Origin: Ectothiorhodospiraceae bacterium
GTDB lineage: Bacteria; Pseudomonadota; Gammaproteobacteria; Nitrococcales; Aquisalimonadaceae
Assembly: GCA_020831885.1 (NCBI GenBank)
Contig: JAFIFU010000005.1
Location: 26,071-90,070, forward strand
Length of the DNA stretch: 64,000 bases
Direction: 5' to 3'
Within the stretch, counting starts at the first letter, position 1; every line of letters starts with the position of its first letter. The position numbers were made by a program, and so were the translations under genes. Below are positions 1-9,438 of the stretch, one piece after another. Below the pieces are notes generated by a model, which worked only from the letters and a program-made list of their open reading frames with translations, was not told the origin of the DNA and ran no database searches.

Positions 1-1
1 C

Positions 2-1657
2 GGTGCCGATTACACGGTGAGCGGGGTGGGTTATGCCCCGGAGGGATCGGTGGAGCGTGACGGTGACCCGGTGGATCCGGACGAGGATCCTCGACTGCGG
101 GAGCTGTTGCGCGCCGTCCTGCTGTGTAACGAGGCCACGCTGGAGCACCGGGACGGAGAATGGCGCATGCGGGGGGACCCCACGGAGGGGGCCCTGGTGA
201 CCCTGGCCTTGAAGACGGGTCTGGATGCCGAGCGGGAGCAGCGTGACCGGCCCCGGGTGGATGCCATCCCGTTCGAGTCGGAGCACCGCTTCATGGCGAC
301 GCTTCACAACGAGCACGAAGACGGGACCGTGGTCTACGTGAAGGGCGCACCGGAACGGATCCTGGGGATGTGCGAGCAGCAGCGGGGGGAGGAAGCGGAT
401 GAACCCCTGGACGAGGCCTACTGGACCGAACGCATGGATGCCATCGCCGGCAAGGGGCAGCGCCTGCTCGCCGTGGCTGCCCGTCAGTTCGACAATGGCA
501 AGCATAGCCTGCACTTCGACGATGTGGAGACCGGGCTGGTGCTGATCGGCATGGTCGGCATGATCGATCCGCCCCGGGAGGAGGCCATCGAAGCCGTCAG
601 CCAGTGCCGTGAAGCCGGAATACGGGTGAAGATGATCACCGGTGACCACGGCCTGACAGCCCGTGCCATTGGCGCGGAGCTGGGGATCGGCGATGGTGAG
701 CGGGTCACCACCGGCACCGAGATCGAGGGGATGGACGACGCGGCGTTACGTGACCTGGTGGCCGAGACCGATGTGTTCGCCCGTGCCAGCCCGGAACACA
801 AGCTTCGTCTGGTGCGCGCCCTGCAGGCCGAGGGCGAGGTGGTGGCCATGACCGGCGACGGCGTCAACGATGCGCCCGCGCTCAAACGCGCCGATGTGGG
901 CGTGGCCATGGGACGGAAAGGGACGGAGGTGTCCAAGGAGGCCAGCGAAATGGTGCTTGCGGACGACAATTTCGCCTCCATCGCCCGTGCCGTGGAGGAA
1001 GGCCGGACCGTTTACGACAATCTGCGTAAGACACTGTTGTTCATCCTGCCCACCAACGGGGGGCAGGCCGGTGTGGTGATCCTGGCGGTGCTGGCCGGTC
1101 TGGTGTTGCCGATCACGCCGGTGCAGATCCTCTGGGTGAACATGGTCACCGCGGTGACCCTGGGTCTGGCGTTGGCCTTCGAGCCCACCGAGCCCGGCGT
1201 CATGCGGCGTCCGCCAAGGCCGCCACAGGCATCCGTTCTCAGCGGCTACATGGTCTGGCGCATCAGTTTTGTATCCGTGCTGCTGGTGATCGCCACCGTT
1301 TCCATGTTCCTGCTGCGCTACGCGGATGGCGACGCGCTGGATTACGCCCGCACGGTGGCCGTGAACACGCTGGTGGTGGGACAGGTCTTCTACCTGTTGG
1401 CCTCCCGCTATGTGATCGATACCTCACTGCATGCGGGAATACTCGCCGGTAACCGCTGGGTGCCGGGCTCCATCATGGGGATCGTGGTGCTGCAGTTGGC
1501 CTTTACGTACTTCCCTCCCATGCAACTGCTGTTCGGGACCACGGCCGTTGAGCCGGTGGACTGGGCTTACATGATTGCCATCGGTGTCGCGATTCTGGTC
1601 ATGGTGGAACTGGAGAAGGCTCTGCTGGGGCGCCGCATGCACCGGCCCGGATCCTGA
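2..1657 (+). CDS. Cation-transporting P-type ATPase, C-terminal part (5' end outside window)
   Basis: Frame open to the window edge. Has the hinge motif MTGDGVNDAPALKRADVGVAMG, a KGAPE motif and a C-terminal block of hydrophobic helices. Confidence 0.9.
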   Translation, partial: GADYTVSGVGYAPEGSVERDGDPVDPDEDPRLRELLRAVLLCNEATLEHRDGEWRMRGDPTEGALVTLALKTGLDAEREQRDRPRVDAIPFESEHRFMATLHNEHEDGTVVYVKGAPERILGMCEQQRGEEADEPLDEAYWTERMDAIAGKGQRLLAVAARQFDNGKHSLHFDDVETGLVLIGMVGMIDPPREEAIEAVSQCREAGIRVKMITGDHGLTARAIGAELGIGDGERVTTGTEIEGMDDAALRDLVAETDVFARASPEHKLRLVRALQAEGEVVAMTGDGVNDAPALKRADVGVAMGRKGTEVSKEASEMVLADDNFASIARAVEEGRTVYDNLRKTLLFILPTNGGQAGVVILAVLAGLVLPITPVQILWVNMVTAVTLGLALAFEPTEPGVMRRPPRPPQASVLSGYMVWRISFVSVLLVIATVSMFLLRYADGDALDYARTVAVNTLVVGQVFYLLASRYVIDTSLHAGILAGNRWVPGSIMGIVVLQLAFTYFPPMQLLFGTTAVEPVDWAYMIAIGVAILVMVELEKALLGRRMHRPGS

Positions 1658-1664
1658 GAGGGGG

Positions 1665-3053
1665 TCAGTCCGCCGGGCCCGCAGTGGTGGTGGCGGCGCG
1701 CCGGCGGCTGAAGGCTGCCCCCATCCGGCGGGTCAGCGCGCTGCGTATCAGCAGCAGCAGAATCAGTCCCGGGGTCACCATCACGGTGGTGATGACAAAG
1801 AACGTGGCCCAGTCACCCCCCAGCCAATCCACCAGGGCGCCGCTGCCCGCCGCCAGCGTGGTGCGGCTCAGATTCCCCAGGGAAGCCATCAGCGCGTACT
1901 GGCTGGCGGTGTAGACGCGACTGGTCAGGTAGGAGATGAAGGCGACGAAGGTCACGGTGGAGAAGGCCGTGGTGAAATTGTCCACCACCACGGCCAGGGC
2001 GAACAGCGGCATATCCGGCCCCACCACGGCCAGCAGCGCGAACAGCAGGTTGGCCAATGCCATTGTGATGCCGCCGATCAGGAGGCCGCGGAAAATGCCG
2101 AGGGTAACGTTCACCAGCCCGCCAAGCAGTGTGAAAAGCAGCATGGTGGCCCAGCCCATGTAGCCCGAAACCCAGGCGATCTGCTCGCGCGTGAAGCCCA
2201 CCTCCAGGTAGAATACGGCCGCCATGCGGCCCATGAAGGCTTCGCCGATCTTGAACAGGACGATGAAGCCCAGAATGGCCAGCGCCAGTTGCCAGCCGTT
2301 GCGCCGGAAGAATTCGGCAAAGGGCTCCACCGCGGTCACTGCCAGCCAGGCGGCAGCGCGGCCGGGGAGTCCCGGGTTCGTCTTCCCGGTCAGCGTCTCG
2401 CGCATTTCTCGCTCGGCCCTGGCCTGCTGTTCCTCCCGGTCCGTTTTCGGTTCCGGCAGGCGCATCACGACCAGCATCAGGCAGGCAAGGATCAGCCCCA
2501 TGAACAGATAGGCCCCGCTCCAGCCCAGCGGACCCGCCAGCATGAAAGCGGTGGCCGAGGGCAGGCCGGCTCCTGTCCACCAGCCGGCGGTGGTCATGGC
2601 TGAGGCAGCGGCCATTTTCTGAGGCTCCATGGCAGGAACCAGCTCAATGCGATAGGCGTCCACCGCCACGTCCTGAGTGGCGGAGGAGCTGACGATCAGC
2701 AACGCCGCCAGGGCGGTGGGTAGCGTGCCCAGGGCCGGATTGGTGGTGCTGATGGCCAGGGTACCCAGCAGGATTCCGCCCTGGGTCAGCAGAATCCAGC
2801 TCCGGCGCTGGCCCAGGCGGCCATGCAGAAAGGGCAGCTTCACCCGGTCCAGGAACGGCGCCCAGAGGAAGTTGAGCGCATAGATCATGGCGAGACTGCC
2901 CAGCACGCCGATGGCCGTGCGGGTCAGTCCCGATTCGTGCAACCAGGCGGAGAAGGTATTGCCGATCAGCGCCCAGGGGAAGCCGCTGGCGAACCCCAGG
3001 ATGAATATGAACAGCAATCGCCGGTCGTAAAGCAGGCGGAGATACGCGGACAT
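1665..3053 (-). CDS. ampG: AmpG-family muropeptide/MFS permease
   Basis: From internal ATG 3053 the product MSAYLRLLYDRRLLFIFILGFASGFPWAL...NFLWAPFLDR matches the AmpG N-terminal pattern and is multi-TM. The 170 codons upstream in the listed 631-aa ORF are Pro/Arg-rich shadow. Confidence 0.8.
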   Translation of the reverse strand: MSAYLRLLYDRRLLFIFILGFASGFPWALIGNTFSAWLHESGLTRTAIGVLGSLAMIYALNFLWAPFLDRVKLPFLHGRLGQRRSWILLTQGGILLGTLAISTTNPALGTLPTALAALLIVSSSATQDVAVDAYRIELVPAMEPQKMAAASAMTTAGWWTGAGLPSATAFMLAGPLGWSGAYLFMGLILACLMLVVMRLPEPKTDREEQQARAEREMRETLTGKTNPGLPGRAAAWLAVTAVEPFAEFFRRNGWQLALAILGFIVLFKIGEAFMGRMAAVFYLEVGFTREQIAWVSGYMGWATMLLFTLLGGLVNVTLGIFRGLLIGGITMALANLLFALLAVVGPDMPLFALAVVVDNFTTAFSTVTFVAFISYLTSRVYTASQYALMASLGNLSRTTLAAGSGALVDWLGGDWATFFVITTVMVTPGLILLLLIRSALTRRMGAAFSRRRAATTTAGPAD

Positions 3054-3243
3054 GAATGTGCCGTTGGCCCAGGCTGATCTCCGGCATGGTCCGTGAACGG
3101 ACGCACCAGGGCAAGAGGGAACCGGCAACCCGTGACACTGAGTGGCAACTGGGCCCCTGTCTGCTGACGTATCGCGGCAGTTTCCGGTGATCAAAAACTG
3201 TCTCCGGGTTGCAACATGTTGACAAAACAAGGGTGTGCAGCGT

Positions 3244-3259
3244 TGGCATGGTATCTGCT
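3244..3259 (+). promoter_or_regulatory. Possible sigma54 -24/-12 promoter (TGGCATGGTATCTGCT)
   Basis: GG and GC elements have consensus spacing (TGGCAC-N5-TTGC). Lies 55 nt upstream of the Sel1-repeat gene ATG. Sequence match only. Confidence 0.3.
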
Positions 3260-3313
3260 TTAAGTATGGCCGGGACGCGATATCAGCCTGCAAGGGCAAG
3301 CAGGAGACGAACA

Positions 3314-3715
3314 ATGAGTCACAGTCAGGACATGGCCATTGCGGCCTACCAGTTGGGTCGCCGGTACGAGATGGGGGACGGGGTGCCCGTCTGCATGGAA
3401 ACCGCAGCCCGGTTCTATCGCCAGGCTGCCATGCGCGGACATGCCGATGGACAGCATGCGCTGGGTTTTCTGCACGCCACCGGTCAGGGGGTTGCCCGTG
3501 ACCAGGGCTTGGCGGTGCAGTGGCTGACGCGGGCGGCGGAGCAGGGACACCCGGACGCACAGCATAATCTGGGTGTCATGTACACCGAAGGTCGGGGTGT
3601 GGATGTGGATTACGGTGCCGCGGTGAAGTGGTTCTACAAGGCGGCGCTGAATGGCAGCCTGTACGCCAGGGAATGGCTGCAGACCCACGGCGGCGAGCAG
3701 CATTCCACCGGCTGA
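3314..3715 (+). CDS. Sel1-repeat (TPR-like) protein
   Basis: Three or four Sel1 units (A..G...AQ..LG..Y..G.GV..D...A..W). AGGAGA lies 6 nt upstream of ATG 3314. Confidence 0.8.
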   Translation: MSHSQDMAIAAYQLGRRYEMGDGVPVCMETAARFYRQAAMRGHADGQHALGFLHATGQGVARDQGLAVQWLTRAAEQGHPDAQHNLGVMYTEGRGVDVDYGAAVKWFYKAALNGSLYAREWLQTHGGEQHSTG

Positions 3716-3901
3716 CCGCCGGCTGGGAGCGGAACAACAAGAAGACAAAGACAACAATAAGCGCCAGGGCCATGGCCTCGCAGTGCCACTGCGGGGCATT
3801 CTTTTTTTGGAACCGGGCGGCACAGTGCACCTTGCCGCGACACGGTCCCCGGGCACGCTGCCAGGCCCCGCAGAGCGACAGAGACATCGATCAGCGCTTC
3901 C

Positions 3902-6900
3902 TTAACCGGTGGGGCGCCGCTGTCGCCGTGGGGCGCCCGGTTCCAACCAGTGCGCGGCGAAGGTATCGGCGGGCACGGGGTGGCCGAAGTGGTAGCCCTG
4001 GGCTTCGTTACAGCCCAGTTCCAGCAGGTGCCGGGCCTGCTTCTCGGTTTCCACCCCTTCTGCCACGGTCTGCAGCCCCATGGTGCGGGCCATGGCGATG
4101 ATGGTGTTGACGATCGCATGGTCGTTGCTGTCCACCAGCATGTCGCGGACGAAGGACAGATCGATCTTCAGCCCTTGCACCGGGAAACGTTTCAGATGGG
4201 CCAGGGATGAATAGCCCGTGCCGAAGTCGTCGATGGACAGGATGAAGCCGGCGGCGGTGAGTTCCTCGATGCTCTCCACGGCCCGGGCGGGGTCACGCAT
4301 GATCCCGGTCTCGGTCAGTTCAAGACAGATCTGCTGCGGAGGCACGCCTTGGGACCAGGCAATCCCCGCCAGGCGCCCGGCCAGGCGTCTGTTGTCCAGT
4401 TGCTGTGCGGAGATATTCACCGAGACCCGCCCCGGCATGTCCAGGCCCGCGTGCCGCCAGTCGGCCAGTTGGCGGCAGACCCGCGCGATCACCCAGTCCC
4501 CCACCTCGTCCATCATGCCTCGCTCTTCGGCAATGGGAATGAAACGGGCCGGGCTGATCCAGCCCAGGGCCGGGTCATGCCAGCGGAGCAGGGCCTCGGC
4601 GCCGGTGAGGCGGCCGGTGGCCATATCCACCTGGGGCTGATAGTACAATTCCAGCGCTTCGCTTCGTAATGCCTCGGCGAACCGCTTGGCCAGATCGATG
4701 CGCTCGGCGATCTCCCGGGCCATGGCGGGCTGGAACAGACAGTAGCCGCCGCCGGAGGCCTTGGCCTGGTACATGGCGATGTCGGTGTGCTGTAGCAAGG
4801 TTTCCGGGGAGGCGCCGTGTCCCGGAGCCAGGGCGATTCCGATACTGGCCTCCAGTTGGAACTCCTGACCGTCCACACGGACCGGGCTGTCCAGCGCATC
4901 CAGCAGGCGTCCGGCCATGGCCGTGGCATCCCGGGGGCCCTTCACCGGCGCCATGAACACGAACTCGTCGCCGCCCAGCCGCGCCAGTGTCTCCCCCCGC
5001 CGGACCCGGGCACGAAAACGGGCAGCCACCTCCCTGAGTACCTGGTCACCCGTCAGATGCCCCTGACTGTCGTTAATCTCCTTGAATCGGTTCAGATCCA
5101 TGAACAGCACGGCCAATTGCTGCTCACCCGGCCCCTCACGCAGTGCCACCATGGCGCGCTGCAAGCGTTCCAGGAACAGCGCCCGGTTCGGCAGCCCGGT
5201 GGTTTCGTCGTAGTACGCCAGCTTCTGGATGCGGGCCGCGTCCCCCTGGCGTTCCAGCTCGGCGGTGGCGCCGGCGGCAAAAATGCGCAGTGTGGACTGG
5301 ACGAAGGCGGTGTCCTCCGGCGGGTCCCGGAACAGGACGAAGAGCATCCCCAGGGGGTTGCCGGTGGTCCCGCTCAGGCGTTGCCCGGCACAGGCCCGGG
5401 CGTTGACGGCGCGGACGCTCCTGCTGCCCGGGAAGCGCTCCATCAGCCCGTCCGTAATGAGCAGTTCCGGGGTTTCCAGCAGTGACTGACAGGGTGTCCC
5501 CCGGAGGTTCAGCGTGACATTGGGGGCCAGTTTTCCATCGAACACGGTGGCGATGGTTCTGGCGCGATCCGCGGACCCGGGGATGAGCCGGGCCAGGAAG
5601 CCCGCATCCGCCCCGACGGCGGCGGTCATGTTGATGGCCATCTGCTCGAAAAACTGGGTATCCGACTGCGCCGAGACCGCCGCCGCCGTGCGGATCACCG
5701 CCTGCTGCAGCTTGCGCTCCCGCTCCTGCAGGCGGCGGGCTCGCAGCCCGAAGGCCACGTCCGCGGCAAGATCGGACAGCAGGCGTTTCTCCTCCGGCAG
5801 AAAGGGATCCGGATGCCCCTTGTAAAGCATCAGGACCCCGAAGGTGCGATCGTCATCCTTCAGCGGCAACCCCACCAGCCCTCCATAGCCCCGCTGCCGC
5901 GCCTGATCGAGCCAGGGCCCGAAAGGCTGGTGCTGGGTGATGTCAGCGAGAAAGACGGGTTCACCGGTGCGAATGGCCATGCCGGCGGGCCCCCGGCCTT
6001 CCGGCCGCTGGTCGCTCCAACTGAACCGGATGTCGTCCAGATAGCCCTCCACCCGGCCGGCGCGGGCCATTTGCTGGATCAGGCGGTAGTCGTCTTCCCG
6101 GGCGTAGCCGGCCCAGGCCATGACGTAGCCGCCGATGTCCACCGCCAGCCGGCAGATCTGCTCCAGCAACTCCTCCTCGTCTTCCGCGTGAATCAGCGCC
6201 TCGTTGCAGCGGCTGAGCAGCGTCAGCGCCCGGTTGGTGATCTCCAGTTCCTTCTCGTAGTGCTTGCGGTCGGTGATGGTCCGGAAATAGACGGCCAAAC
6301 CATCCGCCGAGGGGTAGGCGTGGGTCTCGAACCACTCATCCATGGTGTCCAGGTGGAATTCGCAGTGCCGTGGCTCCTGGGCCTCCCGGGCATCCCGGAA
6401 CACGTGGAGCAGGCTGTCGCGGCTGTCCGAGGCCAGCACGTCCCAGACGCGCTGGCCAAGCAGGCGTTCCCGGGGTCGGCGCAGTAGCTGTTCCGCCACC
6501 GGATTCACGTAGGAGATACGCCAGGCGTCATCCAGCAGGTAAAAGCCGTGGGGCATCTGCTCCAGAATGGCGTCCAGCCGCTGGGATAGACGCTGTTTCT
6601 CCGTGATGTCGGTGATGAAGCCTTCCAGTTGGGTCTCGCCATCAGGGCCCTCCACGGTGTGCCCGCGTTCCCAGACCCAACGCGTTTCGCCGCTGGCGGT
6701 CCGGATGCGATAGCTGAATTCGTGGCTGGTGCCCCGGGCACGGGCCTGATCCACCAACTGCTGGATACGGTCGGCGTCCTCCGGATGAATCAGGCTGGCG
6801 AAGGAGATCCGCGCGTTGTTGATCAGGTCCTCTGCGACGTAGCCGGTCAAAGCCCTGCACCCGCCGATCAGGAAAAGCATGGTCCAGTGGATGTCGTAAC

Positions 6901-7021
6901 GGCAACGGTAGGCCACCCCCGGAAGGCTGGCGAGCAGGGAATGCAATTGCCCGGCGAGGGATTCCGCCGCGTGCTTGTCCGGCTCCTGCTGTCTGCCCAT
7001 GTGGTGCCCCTGGTGATCCAT
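3902..7021 (-). CDS. Multidomain c-di-GMP signalling protein (PAS-PAS-GAF-GGDEF-EAL)
   Basis: RLGGDEFVFM (GGDEF), EALLRW...QICLELTE...DDFGTGYSSL...KIDLSF (EAL), and N-terminal PAS/GAF-type sequence. Confidence 0.9.
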   Translation of the reverse strand: MDHQGHHMGRQQEPDKHAAESLAGQLHSLLASLPGVAYRCRYDIHWTMLFLIGGCRALTGYVAEDLINNARISFASLIHPEDADRIQQLVDQARARGTSHEFSYRIRTASGETRWVWERGHTVEGPDGETQLEGFITDITEKQRLSQRLDAILEQMPHGFYLLDDAWRISYVNPVAEQLLRRPRERLLGQRVWDVLASDSRDSLLHVFRDAREAQEPRHCEFHLDTMDEWFETHAYPSADGLAVYFRTITDRKHYEKELEITNRALTLLSRCNEALIHAEDEEELLEQICRLAVDIGGYVMAWAGYAREDDYRLIQQMARAGRVEGYLDDIRFSWSDQRPEGRGPAGMAIRTGEPVFLADITQHQPFGPWLDQARQRGYGGLVGLPLKDDDRTFGVLMLYKGHPDPFLPEEKRLLSDLAADVAFGLRARRLQERERKLQQAVIRTAAAVSAQSDTQFFEQMAINMTAAVGADAGFLARLIPGSADRARTIATVFDGKLAPNVTLNLRGTPCQSLLETPELLITDGLMERFPGSRSVRAVNARACAGQRLSGTTGNPLGMLFVLFRDPPEDTAFVQSTLRIFAAGATAELERQGDAARIQKLAYYDETTGLPNRALFLERLQRAMVALREGPGEQQLAVLFMDLNRFKEINDSQGHLTGDQVLREVAARFRARVRRGETLARLGGDEFVFMAPVKGPRDATAMAGRLLDALDSPVRVDGQEFQLEASIGIALAPGHGASPETLLQHTDIAMYQAKASGGGYCLFQPAMAREIAERIDLAKRFAEALRSEALELYYQPQVDMATGRLTGAEALLRWHDPALGWISPARFIPIAEERGMMDEVGDWVIARVCRQLADWRHAGLDMPGRVSVNISAQQLDNRRLAGRLAGIAWSQGVPPQQICLELTETGIMRDPARAVESIEELTAAGFILSIDDFGTGYSSLAHLKRFPVQGLKIDLSFVRDMLVDSNDHAIVNTIIAMARTMGLQTVAEGVETEKQARHLLELGCNEAQGYHFGHPVPADTFAAHWLEPGAPRRQRRPTG

Positions 7022-7146
7022 CGCCTGCGCCTGGAGGAAGCGCGGGCCGGTCTCGTTCTTCCTTGGTGTGTCTGATTTTCCTCTTCCCTGGCCCAGCTTG
7101 CTGGATTTTAACGGCTTTCGCCAGACCTCCGCCGGGGATGACCGGT

Positions 7147-8847
7147 TCAGGAGGACGCCCGTTGCCGGGCCAGCATGCGCCAGACCAGGCCATCCGGATG
7201 CTGCTCGCCGGTGTGAACGTAGCGCAGCGTGTTGATGTTCCGCACGCTCCTGGCCATCAAGGAGAAGCCCCGCCCGGTGCCGCAGAACAGCAGACGATCA
7301 CCGCTTTCCAGTCGGGTGTCCGCTTCCGGAAGCAGGGTGTCGTGACTGCCCCGGCGCAACAGCAGTGGCAGCGCCGGAATGGCATGTTGCCTGTCCCGCG
7401 GGCTGCGGCAGAGGCTGCCCAGCGTGATCGTCTCCCCCGACTCCAGGGCCAGCATCACCGCCGGCGCCCGCACCTGACTGATGCGCAATGTCCAGGTTTC
7501 CGGGGTCACGCCCTCCGCCAGCCCGCGCATGCGCTCCGCCAGGGCCCGGTTCCAGGCATTGCCCTGAGTCGCGGCGGCGGCCAGGAATTCGCGCAGCAAC
7601 GGGGATCCCAGCGCGGACAGGAACTTGCTGGCGATGATGTAGCTGGGCTCCACCACCAGTTCCGGATCGGCGGTGCGGAACAGAGGTTTGTTATGCAGAC
7701 GGTTCTGGCGTGCGGCCAGATAGATATCGGCCCGTAGTTCCCGCGCGGTCATGATAATGGACAGGTTGTCGGCATCATCCGGCCCCGCCGCAACCACCGC
7801 GCTGGCGCCATGGATGCCCGCCTGCTCCAGTGTGATCGCTTCGGTGCCCTTCCCCTGAACTGTGCCTGGAGGTGCGCCGGTACGTTGCGGATCCTCCTCC
7901 ACGATGGTGACCTGGATGCCTTCCTGCTCCAGAGCGGCCTGCAGGGCCCGGCCCAGCCTCCCGTAGCTGCAGATGATCCAGTGGCCGCGGGGCGGGCGCT
8001 TACGCTCCGGCAACGCGATGTTGGGTACCGTGGACAGCCAGTCGTACACCCGGTGTGTGTCGGGTTCCCGGATCGCCAGGGCCAGGCGCTCCGCAAAATT
8101 TTCGTAGGGGTTGACCACCAGGTCGGTCCCGAAGGAGGCCATGTTCCCCGCGGCTTCCCGGCTCTCCGCCCGGCAGTACACCTGCACCCGCGGATTCAGC
8201 AGCTTGCCGGAGATCGCGATTTTCAGATTGGTGTGGTCATCATCGGTCACTGCCAGCACTCCCGCGCACCAGCGGTTCTCCAGCCCTGCCGCGCTCAGGT
8301 TGTCCGGGATGCCCGCGTCCAGACAGAAGCCCGGTACATGAATGCCCAGATCCTTCAGTTCCAGCTCATCGATGTTGGTCTGATGCCGGTCCATGACCAC
8401 CACCCGGCGGCCGCGTTCCGTCAGAGCGCGGACCAGCAACCGGCCGGTGTCGCCGAAACCGCATACCAGGTAGAACGGATCCCGTATCTGCCGGAGGCTG
8501 TGCTGCAGCCTGGAGCGCACCACCGCCTGGCGGAACGTGGGGTCCTGGAGCAGCGCGATGATGGTTCCCACCGAGTACAGCCAGGCGACAACCGTGAGGT
8601 AGATGCTGACCGTGGTCCACAGGCGCTGGCCGCCCGAAAACGCGTAGGGAACCTCACCGAATCCGATGGTGCTGCCGGTGTAACTCACCACGTAGAAGGC
8701 CTGGAAGAAGCTCATGCGCCAGGGATTGCCCTGGTCGTCCACGCCTGGAATCAGGGTGAAACCAAGCACGGCGATGCTGTAGGCGCTGATCAGCACGATC
8801 AGCGGTGTGCGCATGCGGCGCAGGAACAGGGGAATGGCTGAGCGCAT
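7147..8847 (-). CDS. Two-TM potassium channel with tandem RCK/TrkA-N domains
   Basis: Pore and filter-like YTGSTIGFGE. Two Rossmann GxGxxG motifs (LVCGFGDTGR, IICSYGRLGR). Confidence 0.85.
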   Translation of the reverse strand: MRSAIPLFLRRMRTPLIVLISAYSIAVLGFTLIPGVDDQGNPWRMSFFQAFYVVSYTGSTIGFGEVPYAFSGGQRLWTTVSIYLTVVAWLYSVGTIIALLQDPTFRQAVVRSRLQHSLRQIRDPFYLVCGFGDTGRLLVRALTERGRRVVVMDRHQTNIDELELKDLGIHVPGFCLDAGIPDNLSAAGLENRWCAGVLAVTDDDHTNLKIAISGKLLNPRVQVYCRAESREAAGNMASFGTDLVVNPYENFAERLALAIREPDTHRVYDWLSTVPNIALPERKRPPRGHWIICSYGRLGRALQAALEQEGIQVTIVEEDPQRTGAPPGTVQGKGTEAITLEQAGIHGASAVVAAGPDDADNLSIIMTARELRADIYLAARQNRLHNKPLFRTADPELVVEPSYIIASKFLSALGSPLLREFLAAAATQGNAWNRALAERMRGLAEGVTPETWTLRISQVRAPAVMLALESGETITLGSLCRSPRDRQHAIPALPLLLRRGSHDTLLPEADTRLESGDRLLFCGTGRGFSLMARSVRNINTLRYVHTGEQHPDGLVWRMLARQRASS

Positions 8848-8853
8848 GGCCGG

Positions 8854-9237
8854 CTACCGCTGCAGGCTCACGGTCTCCACCGTCAGCAGCACGGTGGAGA
8901 CCAGGTTGGCCAGCAGAGCGCCCCCGGACAGGGAGACGATGCTGGCCATGATCGGTGGCGTCAAGCCCACCTCCAGGACGTGGACTGCCATGGCCCAGAC
9001 CAGGGCGGCGGCGATCAACTGGAGGTCGGCCACCAGGCTGGCTGCCAGCAGCACGGCCCCGATCTGGGTGCGTTCCCCGAACTTCAGGACCGTGGCAATC
9101 AGGCTGACCACAATGGCAGCGAACAACTCGTACACATTGTGGTGATCGGGGTTGTCGATTTCGCCGATGAAGAAGCCGAAGTTCAGCGTGAGTGCCAGCA
9201 GAATGAAAAAACCGAACACCACCTTTTCCAGATTCAT
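8854..9237 (-). CDS. Small 4-TM membrane protein of unknown function, first gene of the K+ channel operon
   Basis: 127 aa and strongly hydrophobic. Stops 6 nt before the channel ATG on the same strand. Confidence 0.7.
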   Translation of the reverse strand: MNLEKVVFGFFILLALTLNFGFFIGEIDNPDHHNVYELFAAIVVSLIATVLKFGERTQIGAVLLAASLVADLQLIAAALVWAMAVHVLEVGLTPPIMASIVSLSGGALLANLVSTVLLTVETVSLQR

Positions 9238-9438
9238 GGTTCAATCCCCGTTGTTGTTGTCTTCCCGCGGGCCTGTGCCACCATGGTTCGGCGCCGGCAC
9301 CCGTCTCTGCTGACAGCGTAGCATCGGCCTGCCACCGGACGTGATGGCGTTATGCGGGAGTGTGAACGGGGGCGCAGCAAGGTCCGGCCCGGCGTGGGAT
9401 AGTCCCCGTCATGCGAGGCTGGCAGGCCTTGAGCGGAG

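Noticed and set aside
3054-3560. N-terminal extensions of track ORFs (ampG 631 aa, carboxylase from 41843, egtD from 27852, permease from 20603, tesA from 57611, and others).
   Set aside because: Recognisable family N-termini, RBS placement and overlap with neighbouring genes or regulatory RNAs all favour internal starts. The upstream parts are Pro/Arg-rich read-through.
3766-3810. Palindrome GGCCATGGCC and a T-run (3801-3808) between convergent genes, considered as an intrinsic terminator.
   Set aside because: As RNA the palindrome gives only a 3-bp stem. The CGCAGTG/CACTGCG repeat has a 1-nt loop, and the T-run is displaced.
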